A DNA stretch of 62,794 nucleotides, the filler included, from Choristocarpus tenellus KU-1152 (taxonomy: Eukaryota > Protista > Phaeophyceae): assembly GCA_964200185.2 (NCBI GenBank). It is 9 parts of 9 records of this genome, joined end to end, with 100 filler letters (N's around TTAATTAATTAA, not from the genome) between each part and the next. Parts side by side here need not be neighbours in the genome. Positions count along the whole stretch, not along the records: positions 1 to 14,729 come from CAXNAD020001125.1; 8 more parts are not named here. One strand, given 5' to 3'. Below the pieces are notes generated by a model that saw only the letters and a list, made by a program, of their open reading frames with translations, did no database searches and was not told where the DNA came from. The number at the start of each line of letters is the position of its first letter. Position 1 is the first letter of the stretch. The translations under genes were made by a program, and so were the position numbers. Of this stretch, positions 1-12,369 are shown piece after piece.

Positions 1-300
1 CAAGCACAAGAATGAATGGATGCGGGGAGTAGAGTACAACTGTAGAGGGCCTTCAAGCACAAACAATGCTAAGGCCCTAGAGCATTCTAGAGCTATAAGG
101 AGCCTGCCACGGAGCAAACAAAAAGATGGATAAATATCAGTGCAACGCTTTATGTGCCATTCAAATCATCAGAATAGAAAAGAGAACTCTTCCCACTTTT
201 TCACTGTTTCACTTCCCCCGCCTCTGCACCCCATCATCACTCCCTACACCTCCTCCCCCCAAAAGCTATTATATATTAATACAAAATGAAGCAGTCTCAC

Positions 301-1181
301 CTTCAGGTCGGACTCACTCAAACCACACTTGGTCAACATTCAACACCCCCAGCCCCACCCCCACTTCCCCCGCCTCCTTCAGAGTTCAACAAATCAACCT
401 CTTCACAGAAGAGTACCTAAATTGAGGATTCACTTCCCACTCACACCCGGCGGCCTCCCCCACCACCACTCTCACCCCACTCCCCTCCCTTCCTCCTCCT
501 CCTCCTCCTCCCACCTCCTCATCTCCTTGCCCCTCCCCCTCGCCGAATATAGGCCCATCAGAGGCATCAGACAAAACTATCGCATCCATGACCTCTTCTT
601 CGGGGAACTGGGTTTTTCTCCTCTAACTTGGGCTCCTTCATGATATTTCCCCACCATCGATGGGGTGGTCAGACCTCCTTCGGATTTTGGAACCGTTACT
701 GGCTCTCCGTTGACCATCAATGCCACTGCGGAGTTTCTAGTACCCTGGAGGGCGTTTTGGGGGGGGGGATCGTTTGTTTTGGGCGTCAATGATTTTGTGA
801 TGTCCAAGGATGCAGAAAGGTTTTCATTGAAGTATTCAAATTACATTCCTTGACCCCCCTACCACAATATACCCCTTAGCCTTCATTTACATTACCAATG
901 TATGAAACATGTGTTTATGCATGTGTATATGTCTGTATTGATGTATGTAAAAATTTACAAAAAGAAAAATTGCTACCCCTACTAGGTATCACATCTTGAA
1001 AAAAATAAAACCAGAAAAATAACACAAATACTGCTATACATACACACAGAAAAAAATCAAAGCAGACTTCTGTTTTTCCTTCAACAAGCTGCTTTTCACA
1101 CACATCCCTTACCCTCCTCATTCTCACTCTCATTACTTGAATTATCTCTCTACAGTGTTACCTCACCCCACTTACAAACGA

Positions 1182-1222
<41 letters not shown>

Positions 1223-3570
1223 AGTATACATATACGCCAAATTTATAGCCTCCACAGCAACACACCTAACTTCAACCCTAACTCTGACACTAAATAGCTC
1301 ACAAGGCATATCCCCACCGCCCTGTTCCTCCCCATTTCTTCATCTCCCACCAAGTCCTCATTGCTCAGCACCACACCCTCCCTTCCAGGTTCCTCCTCTA
1401 CTACAGTCTGCACAGAAAAAAATAATAATATAAAATATCAAGGCGGGCATGGGGCAGAGGAATCATTCTTGGTGTAACAACAATTGTTAGATATTTAGGT
1501 AGTTAGTTAGACAGTTCAATATGTTAAAAACAACTAGTGCAGTGTGTGTAGTGCCATCTATATCTCTAGCTGTTGTTTCAGTAAGAAAGTGAATATTCTA
1601 CTTCTTCTACATTTTGGCACTTCAAGTACAAACGCTCCAGCAGAACAAAAATTCCATACATTAGTTTATTTATTATCCTTTTCAAGTGTGCTACATGTAA
1701 TGGCATAATCTATGTCTCAATGTACAAATATATGTATAGGGATATATTCCTCTACAGTACTAGTGCAGTAGTACTCCAATTACAATAGGAACAGATTGGT
1801 ACATTACAGGAAAATCAAGATTACTATTAGGTATTCCAAAAATAAAGTCAAGGCATACATACCTACCTCTCATCACGTTACATTATTTCTTTGTTCCAAT
1901 TGTAGTTCAAATACAATCAATTAGATCTTGAACACAAGAAAAAATACAATATCAAACAATACTAATAACAATACGAGCAGAGTCTGCCTGTGACTATACC
2001 CTATATTGTCACAACTGTAACGCTCTCAAGGTCTAATTTATTTCTTTGCAGAAAGTATGTATGATGTACTCCACCTGGTATTGAAACAATCACTAAAACA
2101 AACGCTGCAGCATTTCAATTAATCCCATCACTCTCTACCAAAAATAATGCCACCCCCAATACTAACAAGAGCAAAAACATATTTAAGAGTAGAACACGCC
2201 TCTCACACAATGTGAGGTCATAAACAACAACACACTGTAGTAGCACTCTCACAACAACTAACAACATTACATGAAAACAATAATAAAATACTACGAATAT
2301 ACTGCAAGTGGGGGCAGTGGTGGATTGGTTCTTCTACAGGGGTATGCACACACCACTGTATTTTCTTCAATGATAAAGGGGCCACCCACCTGTATCACTA
2401 TTGGGGCATTCAATATGAGACCATCAATCGCTGCCTCATCATACTCATCCTTGATAGGGTTAAGGTTGAGGTTAAGGTTAGGGCTAGGGTTAGGGTAGTT
2501 AATGGGGTTACAAGAGTGAGTTGCAACCTGTCAGGATTTAACTATCGTCCAGGGGGGGGGTTGTGGGTGTTTCTTGTGTTTATGAGTGTAGCACCATGTA
2601 TTGTATGCCTGTTTCGGGGTCTTTTTACTTGCTTCAAGACCAACTTGAGATCAGAGTAGGTGGTCAGTGGTGATACCTACTACTGCAACAAACAAACAAT
2701 AAATAGTATTAAGGGTCTCAAGCATTTGTATGGGGAAATGCATACTATAAAACACACACATACATAATACATAATATGTATCAACTGTACTTTAGTTCCA
2801 ACTCATTGAATTACTGGGTTTATATAAAAAGAGAGAGATCGGGTTAGTATCAATCCTTTGGAGTGTAATACCGAGTTCTACTTGATTGTGAATTGCAAAT
2901 ATCTGTAAGACACTGGGTAAGAGAGAGCATCCCTTTTTCAAGGAGGTGATACGTTACAATAAACAGACGGGCACAGTATGTACATTTCTATAGTGAGGAG
3001 TACGCAAATTCCAGTATCGCCCCCAAAGGTCACATAGTCCTGATTCTACAGTTACATTTACAGTTTCACCAAATAGAGAATGAACACTAGCAAAAGTAGT
3101 ACTAATAACGATATTGGGGGTAGAAAAAAATAGGAGAATCTGCATCGATTACTGTACATTACATACCTAGCTTGTACCTCATGTCCAATACTGCAGGTGG
3201 AGCTAATGCAAAGGGGAGGATGGGGATTGTCGAGGGCATATTATTGGGAGGTGTGAAACGGTCACAAATGCAGGCTCAATGGATACTAGATTAGTTGTGT
3301 GGTGAGGAGGGAGTATCTGCACCTGACACACACACACACACACAAAGCCACAGCCAGTTATGATTAGAGTACAGTGTGTGCGTGTCTGCTGTTGCCAGAC
3401 CATTACTATGAGAGGAGACAAACAATGATGCATTCTGATTACCTGGCCAATTCCACAGGTTACAAGGATGGCAATGACGGAGGTTGGAGTCAGGTTCTAG
3501 GTTGGCTATATCTGCCTGACGGTTGCTTGGCATTTATTGCACATGATGCTTGTCCCAGCATCTTCTGTGC
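301..3570 (-). pseudogene. Probable decayed multi-exon gene (exon-like blocks, unknown product)
   Basis: Minus-strand exon-like segments with canonical splice signals (e.g. tttctgtgcag|...TVVEEEPGREGVVLSNEDLVGDEEMGRNRAVGICL|gtgag at ~1303-1408; gtgtgtcag acceptor near 3323; donor gtgag at 300). Several blocks have stops in all frames. Confidence 0.25.
2455..2496 (+). repeat. Degenerate TTAGGG-like hexamer tract
   Basis: tagggttaaggttgaggttaaggttagggctagggttagggt. Confidence 0.5.
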
Positions 3571-3758
3571 TACAAAATTTGGTATATAGTGAACTCTATT
3601 TGATTTTTCATGTTTAGCGAACCGACCTCGTCAACAAATAATAACATACAAAACGGTTATCCAACTGGAGCAGATGCACAGCAGAAACAAGAGCAATATC
3701 GAGCTCGAAACAGGGCAGGGGCAAGGGAAGGGGTCAGACGCCAGCGGAGAACAGACCA

Positions 3759-4004
3759 TCAATAGCGACTGCACATTAATCCATAGTTCTCAGCGATCTG
3801 TGCCTCACTTGGGCTGCATGCTGTGACAAGGTATCTGTATCTGGGGTGTTTCCCACTTGACTCGTCCATTTCTTCCATCTTCCACATCTGCAACATAACC
3901 TCAGAGTTGAAGGCCTCTGGATCAAGCCCCCCCGCGATCCATTCCTCCCGAAGGTCCTCCTCCTTTAACTCCGGAGCATCGCCCAAATCGTCATTTGCTG
4001 TTGA
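3759..4004 (-). CDS. Isolated exon-like ORF, unknown protein
   Basis: Possible acceptor ctgacag, then STANDDLGDAPELKEEDLREEWIAGGLDPEAFNSEVMLQMWKMEEMDES, which has protein-like composition; partner exons not identified. Confidence 0.3.
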   Translation of the reverse strand, partial: STANDDLGDAPELKEEDLREEWIAGGLDPEAFNSEVMLQMWKMEEMDESSGKHPRYRYLVTACSPSEAQIAENYGLMCSRY

Positions 4005-6424
4005 CTGTCAGGCGTATGGTTGGGTCACAATATCCGACATTGCAAAATGATTAAAAAAAGGAACATCAGGTGACTCATCACCTCTGCTTCAACACCTCAC
4101 ACACCAATCAGTACCAAACCTCGACTCGTTATAACAACAGCGCAGAGCGCCCAACCTGGAGGGCTACCAAGAACATTCCTAAATCGTAACTCCCGCACTC
4201 CTACACTCACAGTCGTGTCTGTACACCTCTTGTTTCGGTTATACTTGCAAACCATTCGCTATACCACCGCCCCCCACAACCGGTTCCTGTCGAATTCCGC
4301 AAGAGGGAAGGAAAGCACCGAACTCTCCTCAGATTTGTTGTTGTCTCGGATCGCGGGGCCGACGCCCGGAGCTGATGCAGGACGGTACTATGGGGGCGGG
4401 AGGAGTGGCGTAGTGCATTTGCCAAGGATGGTATACATGCTTCCAATGGGGGACCTAGGAATAGGACCAGCGGTTGGGATGACTGTCAATAAGAAGGTCA
4501 GCTGCGAGGATATGTAATGCCAATACCAACGTCGTTGAGTAATGAACGATGATGGAAGTAGGCGCGTACGGCCAGCAAAATTCTACCTGTGACTCCCTCG
4601 AAAAGAAATCTTGTCAAGTTGACAAAGCGCACCTGGGCTAACAAAAGCTCATGCAGCAAAGGTCAACAGTAACGCTCCTCGCATAGTGCGCATCAGCCCT
4701 AAGGCTCCAGCAGGTCCTTGGTGGTGTGCTTGTCTTGTTGAAGGTTCCATATAATGAAGGTACAACAGTAGTGCCTTAGATCTCTTGGGTTGGATCCCGC
4801 AATTCAAGTTCAAATAAGATCTCCCGATGGTTATAACGTCACCAAGGTTGTTGAAGTTGCTAAGGGGCGTGGAGGAGGGAAATGTTACCTTGATTATGGA
4901 GTAATATCCAATATTGTGATCGGTGTTTGACAGAGACATCCAAGGCAAGAATGATGTTACCTGAACGTCCAATCTAATCCATAACCCTTCATATGACTGG
5001 AGACAAAGTGAGAAGGACCTGCTACATGAAAGGAATTGGCCACACCTTCCATGCTGACGTACAATCCATCCACAGCACCCACACATTTTTCCATGATGAC
5101 ATTGGTGACTCTTCGAATGTTGAATCCGTCTCAACAGTAGCTAAATAGATGAACACCGCTAATAAATACTCTTTAATCGCTATGTATGGTAATTTCAAAC
5201 GCCTCCCAGTCTGCTGAAATCCTCACATTTTTTGTCCTGTTTCGATCTATTGATTGAAGCCGTTTTTGGTTCCTTCCAAATCTACTCTCAAGTCCAACAA
5301 GTACGAAAATATCGTAAACACAGGACATTCCTGCTCGCGCATTTGAATGTATAAGTGGAACCATCTTATCTCGACGTTTTAACACATACACACACTCTGG
5401 TTGTCATGCAAGGTGTTTTGACTGTGTGGTATACACTCAACAACAGTGTCACAGTGAAAGGGTGCAAGTCTCACACTCAAAGCAGCCAAGAAAATCAATT
5501 CAAAATCTCTGTCACACGTACTGTTGGGACAGACAATCGAATACAACCGAAAAGACTAAACGCTCATCGAATCGTACCTAGGAAATAATGCCTGAGCTAG
5601 ATTCGAAAACAACCAAGAAAATCACCATACCGGTACAGGAGAACTGCATCAAAATCCAAGCCCAAGTCTCCCCACCTTGTGCCCTTTGAACAAATACTCA
5701 AACACATCTATCTTCCAAGACTTCCCGGCCCTCGCAGGATGCACAGGCAATACCTGTACGCTGCCTTCCCCTGATACACAAATAACAGCATTCTACCTCC
5801 AACAGAGCAATTTGCACAGTGAAAGCCATCTCTTTATGTCCAACTTTCTCAATTCCATCACCAATGCCCAAATCCCACCAGATACCACGGTACACTAATA
5901 CACCCGAAAAACAATAACAAGGAAGCTTGCCCATCCCATTTCGTCTGCTCTCCACAAATTTCCCCTTTGCTGTGGTAGTAACGGGTGCCGAAGTATCTCA
6001 CTCTTGACTCTCGCCAAGGATATTAACGATGTGTCTTGGCAAAGGATGATATATGACTTGGTGTGAATATATAGTACTAGTGTTACAACAAGGGCCTGGT
6101 GGTCTCAATTACATTGATTGAAGCAATAGTGATCCGACAGGTGTGTTCTACCATGTGGGAATTGCAATGTCCACGTGGGTAACCACAAAAGAATATTATC
6201 ACTGGATCATAAGCACTATGTAATACATGAACGGAATAATCCTATACTAGGTCCCTGCAGTTGTTGATTCATGCATAGGACTAAAATGGAAATATGCTAA
6301 AACATGTGACAGGCTTCTACCTTTCCTGATCTACTCCAAACGTCGTATGTATATAGTGTAACAATAGCTCTACCTTCAAACAAGTGCCTACAGGTGTTGC
6401 ACACCAGCTTGATCGCATCGTACT

Positions 6425-6475
6425 GAGTCAAAGTATATGAGAGGTACCAAGGTTTGGGCTGTTTTGCATATCATT
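6425..6475 (+). mobile_element. Terminus of family D DNA element (TIR related to MITE-A/B)
   Basis: gagtcaaagtatatgagaggtaccaaggtttgggctgttttgc resembles gagccaaagtaaacaagaggtaccctggttttggctgctttgc at 42039. Confidence 0.5.
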
Positions 6476-6744
6476 TATCTTGGTCTTGTGCATTTATTCT
6501 GCCAAAAGAAGACTGATAACCCTATACCATAACCATAACCCAAAAACCTCAAACCAGACCAGAAGCCAGAGAAGTTCCGCGAAAGGAAATTGATTTGGTC
6601 AGCGAGGCCTGTTTGTGCATACGAACACACATATAATGCAGAATACATTGAAAGATTTGTACTCAAGAGATATTTATCTGCTCCACTGTATATACTCACA
6701 CAAGTTCAGATATATATTTCCCTCAACTTTCTTCTCCTTCTTGA

Positions 6745-7003
6745 GAGTCAAAGTATCTTAGAGGGTAGAGCCGCGTCCATTTGGGGGCCAAAATCCAGTG
6801 TTGCGATTTTGATATAATTTTGACTGTCATGTTTTTTAGGAAGTGTCAATATCCTTGTCACGGACATACCTTTTCACAACATACACATTTTACCTACTTC
6901 GAAATATTATGGAGTAAGATAATGTCATAAAAACACCCGAGGGAAGGCAAGCCCCTGATGGACAAACAGGGCAAAACTCGTACCCTCTAAGATACTTTCA
7001 CTC
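6745..7003 (+). mobile_element. MITE family A copy (~260 bp, 23-bp TIR)
   Basis: gagtcaaagtatcttagagggta ... taccctctaagatactttcactc; 13 copies in the window. Confidence 0.9.
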
Positions 7004-7127
7004 TTGTCCATTTGTTCATGGGAAAGGGGAATAGCAATATCCTTCCTCCGTTTGGAATGAAATGTAACATAAATTTTGCAAGCTCCTTTCTCACCCAGGA
7101 ACAACCCATGTGAAAACCCCTCTGGAC

Positions 7128-7388
7128 GAGCCAAGGTATCTTAGGGGGTACAGCCGCGTCCATTTGGGGCCCAAAATCCAATGTTGCCATTCTGATGTAA
7201 TCTTGGCTATCATTCTTGTTAGGAGATGTCAATATCCTTGTTCCGGACACTCCTTTTCATAATTTATACATTTTCACTTACTCCGAAATATCCTGGAGTA
7301 AGTAAAAATGTCGTAAAGAACATGTGAGCAGTTAAGCCCCAAATGGACAAACAAGAGAAAACTCCTACCCTCTAGAATACTCTTACTC
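7128..7388 (+). mobile_element. MITE family A copy nested in mariner
   Basis: TIRs present; flanked by a tggac direct repeat; the uninterrupted homologous site is at ~36255. Confidence 0.85.
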
Positions 7389-8748
7389 TGGACCAGGCAT
7401 AGTTCTCAGATATATTAGGAGGTGTGCAAAATCTTTGAGATGGTGGGCAATCATGACTGGGGAGGATCACCAGTGCAGAGTCGGATTTGACTGGGTTCAA
7501 AACCTCGTCATATTTCCAAAGCAGGTGTTTATTGGGATGCGTAGGACGCCCCCCATTGTTCGAGCGATTTGCTCATGCCGTTATCGCCTGTCGGTCCCAA
7601 TTCTTTGGTCCAGAAGCCTCCCCGGGGTCCAGACTCTAAACACCCTGACGTGAACAGCGTGGTGGCGTGATGCCTGAGGTGGGCGTGAGACTCAGATTCC
7701 ATAGGGGATGGCAGTGGCCATTGCAAAAGACTTCTGAATTGCCCAAATCACCGTGTTCAGTCATCTGAAGGAGTACGACGGCTAGATTGCACAGGGTGGA
7801 TACATGGACCTTGTATAACCTCGAAATGGGTGATGTCGCCAGCATACAAGTATCCTTGACGTTTGGGATGTCCCATCAGTACACCCCGTATCCCTCTGCA
7901 AATGGGCGGCCAAAACTGGGGTCTACCTTGCCTCAATGCGAGGTCATCCCCTGCCGCCTCCTCAATTGGCTCCATGATCCCCCCTTGGCGTGTAGCTTTG
8001 TTCAGTCTTGCTGCATGAAGATGGTGTATCCTTCAGCCCTGGGTGTGCAGGCCTTGATTGCCACAATGAAATCCTAGATCATGAGCTTCTAGTACCTCTC
8101 GCCGTCCACCGTGGCTGGCACAAGCACCTTGGTGCCCTTGGTGTGGTGTTTGCTGGAGCACTGAGCGACCTTAGTGTCCACGATTGACCAGATCCCGATT
8201 TTCCCATCAAACCACACCCTGTTGGAAAGCTTCCTAGGGCGGGCCACAGCTGCAAGGAATATTGCCTTCGTAATGTAAAGTTTATTCTGTGCTCGTGGGG
8301 GGTTGGGGGGGTCCTTAGTGGGGTGCACATACACACTTTACCCATCTTTGAGGATGAAAAACCTCTTTTCGTCTACATGCACCCAATCATATAGATCTCC
8401 CACTAATACCCCACTCCCCCCCCTCTTGTGCGTGTGGCTGATGACGAAATCCATCCTACTGACTTTCTGCTAGTCTGAGAGGACTGGCCTAATCCACTAC
8501 TTGACCCTCTTCACTTCCTCGCGCTTGCACGGTCATAGAAATCCAGCCAGCCAACTCACATGTGACCTCAATGTCAACGACCTGGGATCCGCTCATTCCA
8601 TCCAGCAACTGAAGGAAGACGTAGGGGTGACCAACAAAGAGGACCTGGTGGAGACTATAGTGGAGGCGTTGGATGTGTACCCTTAGGAGACACTAGAGCG
8701 CGCCTGGCAGAGCCTCTTCTCAGTTTAGGGTGAATTGCTGGGGTCCAA

Positions 8749-9005
8749 GAAGAAAAGTATCTTAGAGGTACGAGGTTTTCCCTGTTCGTCCGTTTGGGGC
8801 TTGGCTTCCCATGTGCTTTTTATGACATTTTACCTATTCCGAAATGTTTTGGAGTAAGTAAAATGTATACGGTATGAAAAGGTGTGTCCCGAACAAGGAT
8901 ATTGACACTCCCTAACAAGCATGATAGCTAAATTACATAACAAACGCAACATTGGAGTTTGGCCCCCAAATGGACGCGGCTCTACCCTCTAAGATACTTT
9001 GACTC
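8749..9005 (-). mobile_element. MITE family A copy nested in mariner transposase
   Basis: Reverse-oriented copy ending agatactttgactc; flanked by a ccaa duplication. Confidence 0.85.
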
Positions 9006-9732
9006 CCAAGGGTGATAACGTCTTCAAAATTCCCCATGTTCGCAAGGAAAGGACTGAGAAAGCGGGCAAGTTCCCCACGAGGTTTGGAGGACTTTGGGGG
9101 CGGAATCATATACAGGTGTAGGTTGCTACATTTTGCTTGAGATGTTGGTAGGGAACCTTTTTAGTGTCTGTGGAATACACCCATAAAATATGAACATATC
9201 AGGAAAAAATCTCCATTCTTCATTGAGACTGCAAAAGGTATGTTATATTTAATTCCGAACGGAGGATGTAAGATGATAGTATCATGCCTTAGGAACTATG
9301 TGTAAGTTGATTGATATAGGATACTTGGTGTTCGTTTCGAATGGTTATATTGGTCCAAAATCATATCCCTTATTTTCACTACAACGAGTCAGTTTTGAAA
9401 ATATCTTCTAGATTTTGTAGAGGTTGAGGAAGTAGTGAAAGCTGAGTTCGGGAAATGGCCAATGTGTTAGGAGAATTCCAGTAATGCTTTAGATAAACTA
9501 ACATATGTGAGTTATCTTTTGTATGGTTCAAAATGCAGATTTCAACTGTAGAATCGAATATAAATCAATCCTGGCAGACATTTATATAAAGTGAGGAGGG
9601 TTTAAGTATAATATGTTCGTATCAGGTAACAACCTTTTTGTGATCACAGGTCAAGCAGGAAGAGTGTGAAGTGTGAGTAACATTTCACTGCTGAGTGAAG
9701 CCCACACCTGTGGAACTCTCTGGAGTAATGGT

Positions 9733-10212
9733 CTAACTGCCAGCTACCTCCACCTTGGTCCGCATAGAGAAAGGAGATTACCACATTCACCTCTATCTCT
9801 ACAGAGATGGTAGGGATGTGAGATCCCTGGACTTGGATAATCGGGGGAGTGTTTCAGTTCCTCTCTGCTTCCTTGATCACGGATATTGCCAGTGTTGCAA
9901 GCTGGTCTTAGACTCCACCAATACATCGATTATTGGTGCCGATAAACTCGTTCAAAAAGGGTACGATAATATTTTTGCCCTTTGACTCTTCATGTCCCAT
10001 CGGCTGTTGCTGTTTGTGTTTTATATACCGAGTCCAAGAACAGCACATAAGGTTGGTAATAAACGCATTTGAGGAAGCAGAGAGGAACGAGAAAGCTCCC
10101 CCGATTGTTTACGTCTAAGGATCTCATATGCCTGCCATCTCTGCGGAGGCAGAGGCATGGTAATCTCCCTTCTCTTCTATCCGGACCCAGGTGAAGGAAG
10201 CTGGAAGTTAGG
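9733..10212. repeat. Degenerate ~480 bp palindrome (foldback)
   Basis: The left arm ctaactgccagctacctccaccttggtccgcatagagaaaggagattacca...aatcgggggag...gttcctctctgcttcct is the approximate reverse complement of the right arm aggaagcagagaggaac...ctcccccgatt...tggtaatctccc...ggacccaggtgaaggaagctggaagttag; centre ~9970. Confidence 0.8.
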
Positions 10213-10300
10213 CTACTTGGTGGTCGATGAGTAGGGTACGAGTGTTACAGGCGAATAGAGCGAGTATTTCTTCTTATATTTCAACGAAGTGCAAACGTTT

Positions 10301-11330
10301 GTTACACGCTAATAGCGCGAGCATTCCCTTTTATGTTTTAAGAAATACGAACACTTATAACAGACGTAGAATGTGAGGATTAATTCTTGAGTTCTGATAA
10401 GTATGAATAATATACGATATTAGCAATACAGAGGTAGCTTTACAAGATGAATGATGATTCTGATAGGAGATGCAGAGNNNNNNNNTAATGTATCCACTTA
10501 GCAGTTTGCAGACTTCATTTAACTCTTTGGCTGTAGAACAACTGGTGGATGATGCAATAGAAGGCTGAGAGGACCTAACCTACCCCTCAGTTATTTTGAT
10601 ATGCCTCTTTTGATAAAGCGAAAGCAAGATATTGACTGAGCTAAACATCAAGCTGACACCGAACGTGGTTATCATCGGTGGACTCCCCTCGTAGCGTCGT
10701 TTTGATGTCGTTGGATTTGAGTTGTACATCCTGGAAGGTGAGCATTGAGTGGCGCCTGTAACACGAGTAGGCAGTTTTGTGCGGAGATTTGAACAAGGAA
10801 AGATCTAAGCTCGAGGAGATACACAAAGGTACAATCTGTTACAGGCGAATAGCGCGAGCATCTCTTTCTGCGTGCCAAAGTGCGCGAACAGTATACATAC
10901 GTAAGAATTCTTGTAGGTGGAACTTTGAATTGATAGAAGATGAAGAGTAAGATTTGAAATGCAAACATAATCTTACGGAATAGATGTCAAATCCTGAAAG
11001 TTACAGAATATGGATTTATGATTGAAGTATCTACTTAGCAGTTTGCAGAATTCATTTAACTCTTTGGCTGTAGAAAAATGGTGAATGATGTTAATAAAAG
11101 GCTGATGCGGACAACCATGCCCTGGGTTCTTTTGATATTTACCTCTCTTGATAAAGAGACAAGCGAGACATTGACTGAGCTAAACATCAACCGACACCGT
11201 ATGTGGTTATCATCTGTGGAACCCCTCGTAGCATTGTTTTCAGGTCGTTGGATTCGAGTTGCATATCCTATGGAGGTGGGTTCTGAGGGGCACCCTGTAA
11301 CAAATCTGCTTGAAAATATCTCCCGCACAG
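10301..11330. repeat. Diverged tandem duplication, period ~540 bp
   Basis: gttaca.gc.aatagcgcgagcat at 10301 and 10838; acttagcagtttgcaga.ttcatttaactctttggctgtagaa at ~10496 and ~11033; gactgagctaaacatcaa at ~10634 and ~11173. Confidence 0.75.
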
Positions 11331-11632
11331 GTTGGCGTCCACCCTCGTGCCCATGGCTTGCTGACTGCACATAGCCTGGCCGAGGATGAAACGTGATTCC
11401 ACAAGGACTTAAGAGGGAACGGACGGCAGCCGCCCACAAGGCGTCCCTGATTGCGCACAAAGTGGAAAAATCAGAGATTGGCCTTCGGGTGGACCCTCCG
11501 TGGGCTACGGTCATTGTGGGTATACTCTAAAGCCTTTTTAACTACCACAACACCATATTGTGTCGGCAGAGTACCCAGATGCGACCAGTGTTATCAAAAA
11601 TTGAAACTACTCTACGGCAAAGGTATACCTGA

Positions 11633-11891
11633 GAGTCAAAATATCTTAGAGGGTAGAGTCACCTCCATTTTGGGGTCAAAATCCAATGTTGCGATTTTTA
11701 TGTGATTTTGGCCATCGTGTTTGTTAGGAAGTGTCAATATCCTTGTTCCGGACACACCTTTTCATACCATATATATTTTACCTTCTCTGAAATGTTTTGG
11801 AGTAGATAAGATGTCATAAACTACCCGTGGGAAGCCAAGCCTCGAACGGACAAACAGGGGAAAACTCGTACCCTCTAAGATACTTTCACTC
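11633..11891 (+). mobile_element. MITE family A copy
   Basis: Both TIRs; tga TSD. Confidence 0.9.
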
Positions 11892-11925
11892 TGATATATT
11901 CGGGATATCGGTTGGATAAGATGTT

Positions 11926-12369
11926 GAGTGAAAGTACCTTAGAGGGTAAGTCTTTTGCCCGGTTTCTCCATTTGGGGCTTGGCTTCCCATGTTTTTTTTT
12001 ATGAGATTTTTACTAGTTCAAAGTGTTTCGGAGTAAGTAAAATGTACACGTTATGAAAAGGTGTGTCTGGAACAAGGATATTGACACTTCCTAACAAACA
12101 CGATAGTCAACTTTTCATCAAAATCCCAACATTGGATTTTTGACCCCTAATGGACTCAGCCCTACCGTCTAAGATGGCTCTAAGTATCTGGGAGGGGGTG
12201 GTGACTGTCCATTTGGGGTCAATTTTTTCATGTTGTGATTTTTGGGGGATTGGGTTGGATACGTCGGATGGATACTGTAAATGTACTTTTCCTGATTTCG
12301 GTCCAAATGGACACCATGGTGTAGACCCCCCTCCCCCTCCCAGATACTTTGGGTCAGATACTTTGACTC
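11926..12369 (-). mobile_element. MITE family A copy with MITE-B inserted in its TIR
   Basis: gagtgaaagtaccttagagggta ... ctaagat[MITE-B]agatactttgactc; gtt TSD. Confidence 0.9.
12176..12355 (+). mobile_element. MITE family B copy (~175-185 bp)
   Basis: ggctctaagtatctgggaggggg ... cccctcccagatactttgggtc; agat duplication. Confidence 0.9.

Larger units (their letters stand above)
7042..9268 (+). mobile_element. Full-length degenerate Tc1/mariner (plant/oomycete-type) DNA transposon with internal inversion and two nested MITE-A copies
   Basis: ~30-bp TIRs cttcctccgtttggaatgaaatgtaacata (7042) and tatgttatatttaattccgaacggaggatg followed by TA (9268). Transposase motifs DWVHVDEKRF, IFLAAVARPR and WFDGKIGIW are on the minus strand (8079-8530); QPANS..DLNVNDLG..HSIQQL is on the plus strand (8540-8690). 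Confidence 0.85.

Noticed and set aside
1184-1218. (AT)n and other microsatellites
   Set aside because: Ordinary simple repeats.
4207-5134. Possible DIRS/retroelement coding remnant
   Set aside because: No RT, RNase H or tyrosine recombinase motif could be identified with confidence.
6745-7003. Short ORFs recurring in MITEs (e.g. SILEGR..SIWGPKS, PKYLGGG)
   Set aside because: Translations of non-coding repeats; frames are not preserved among copies.
7042-9268. Mariner as the mobiliser of MITE-A/B
   Set aside because: The mariner TIR (CTTCCTCCGTT, TA target) does not resemble the MITE TIRs or their 3-4 bp TSDs.
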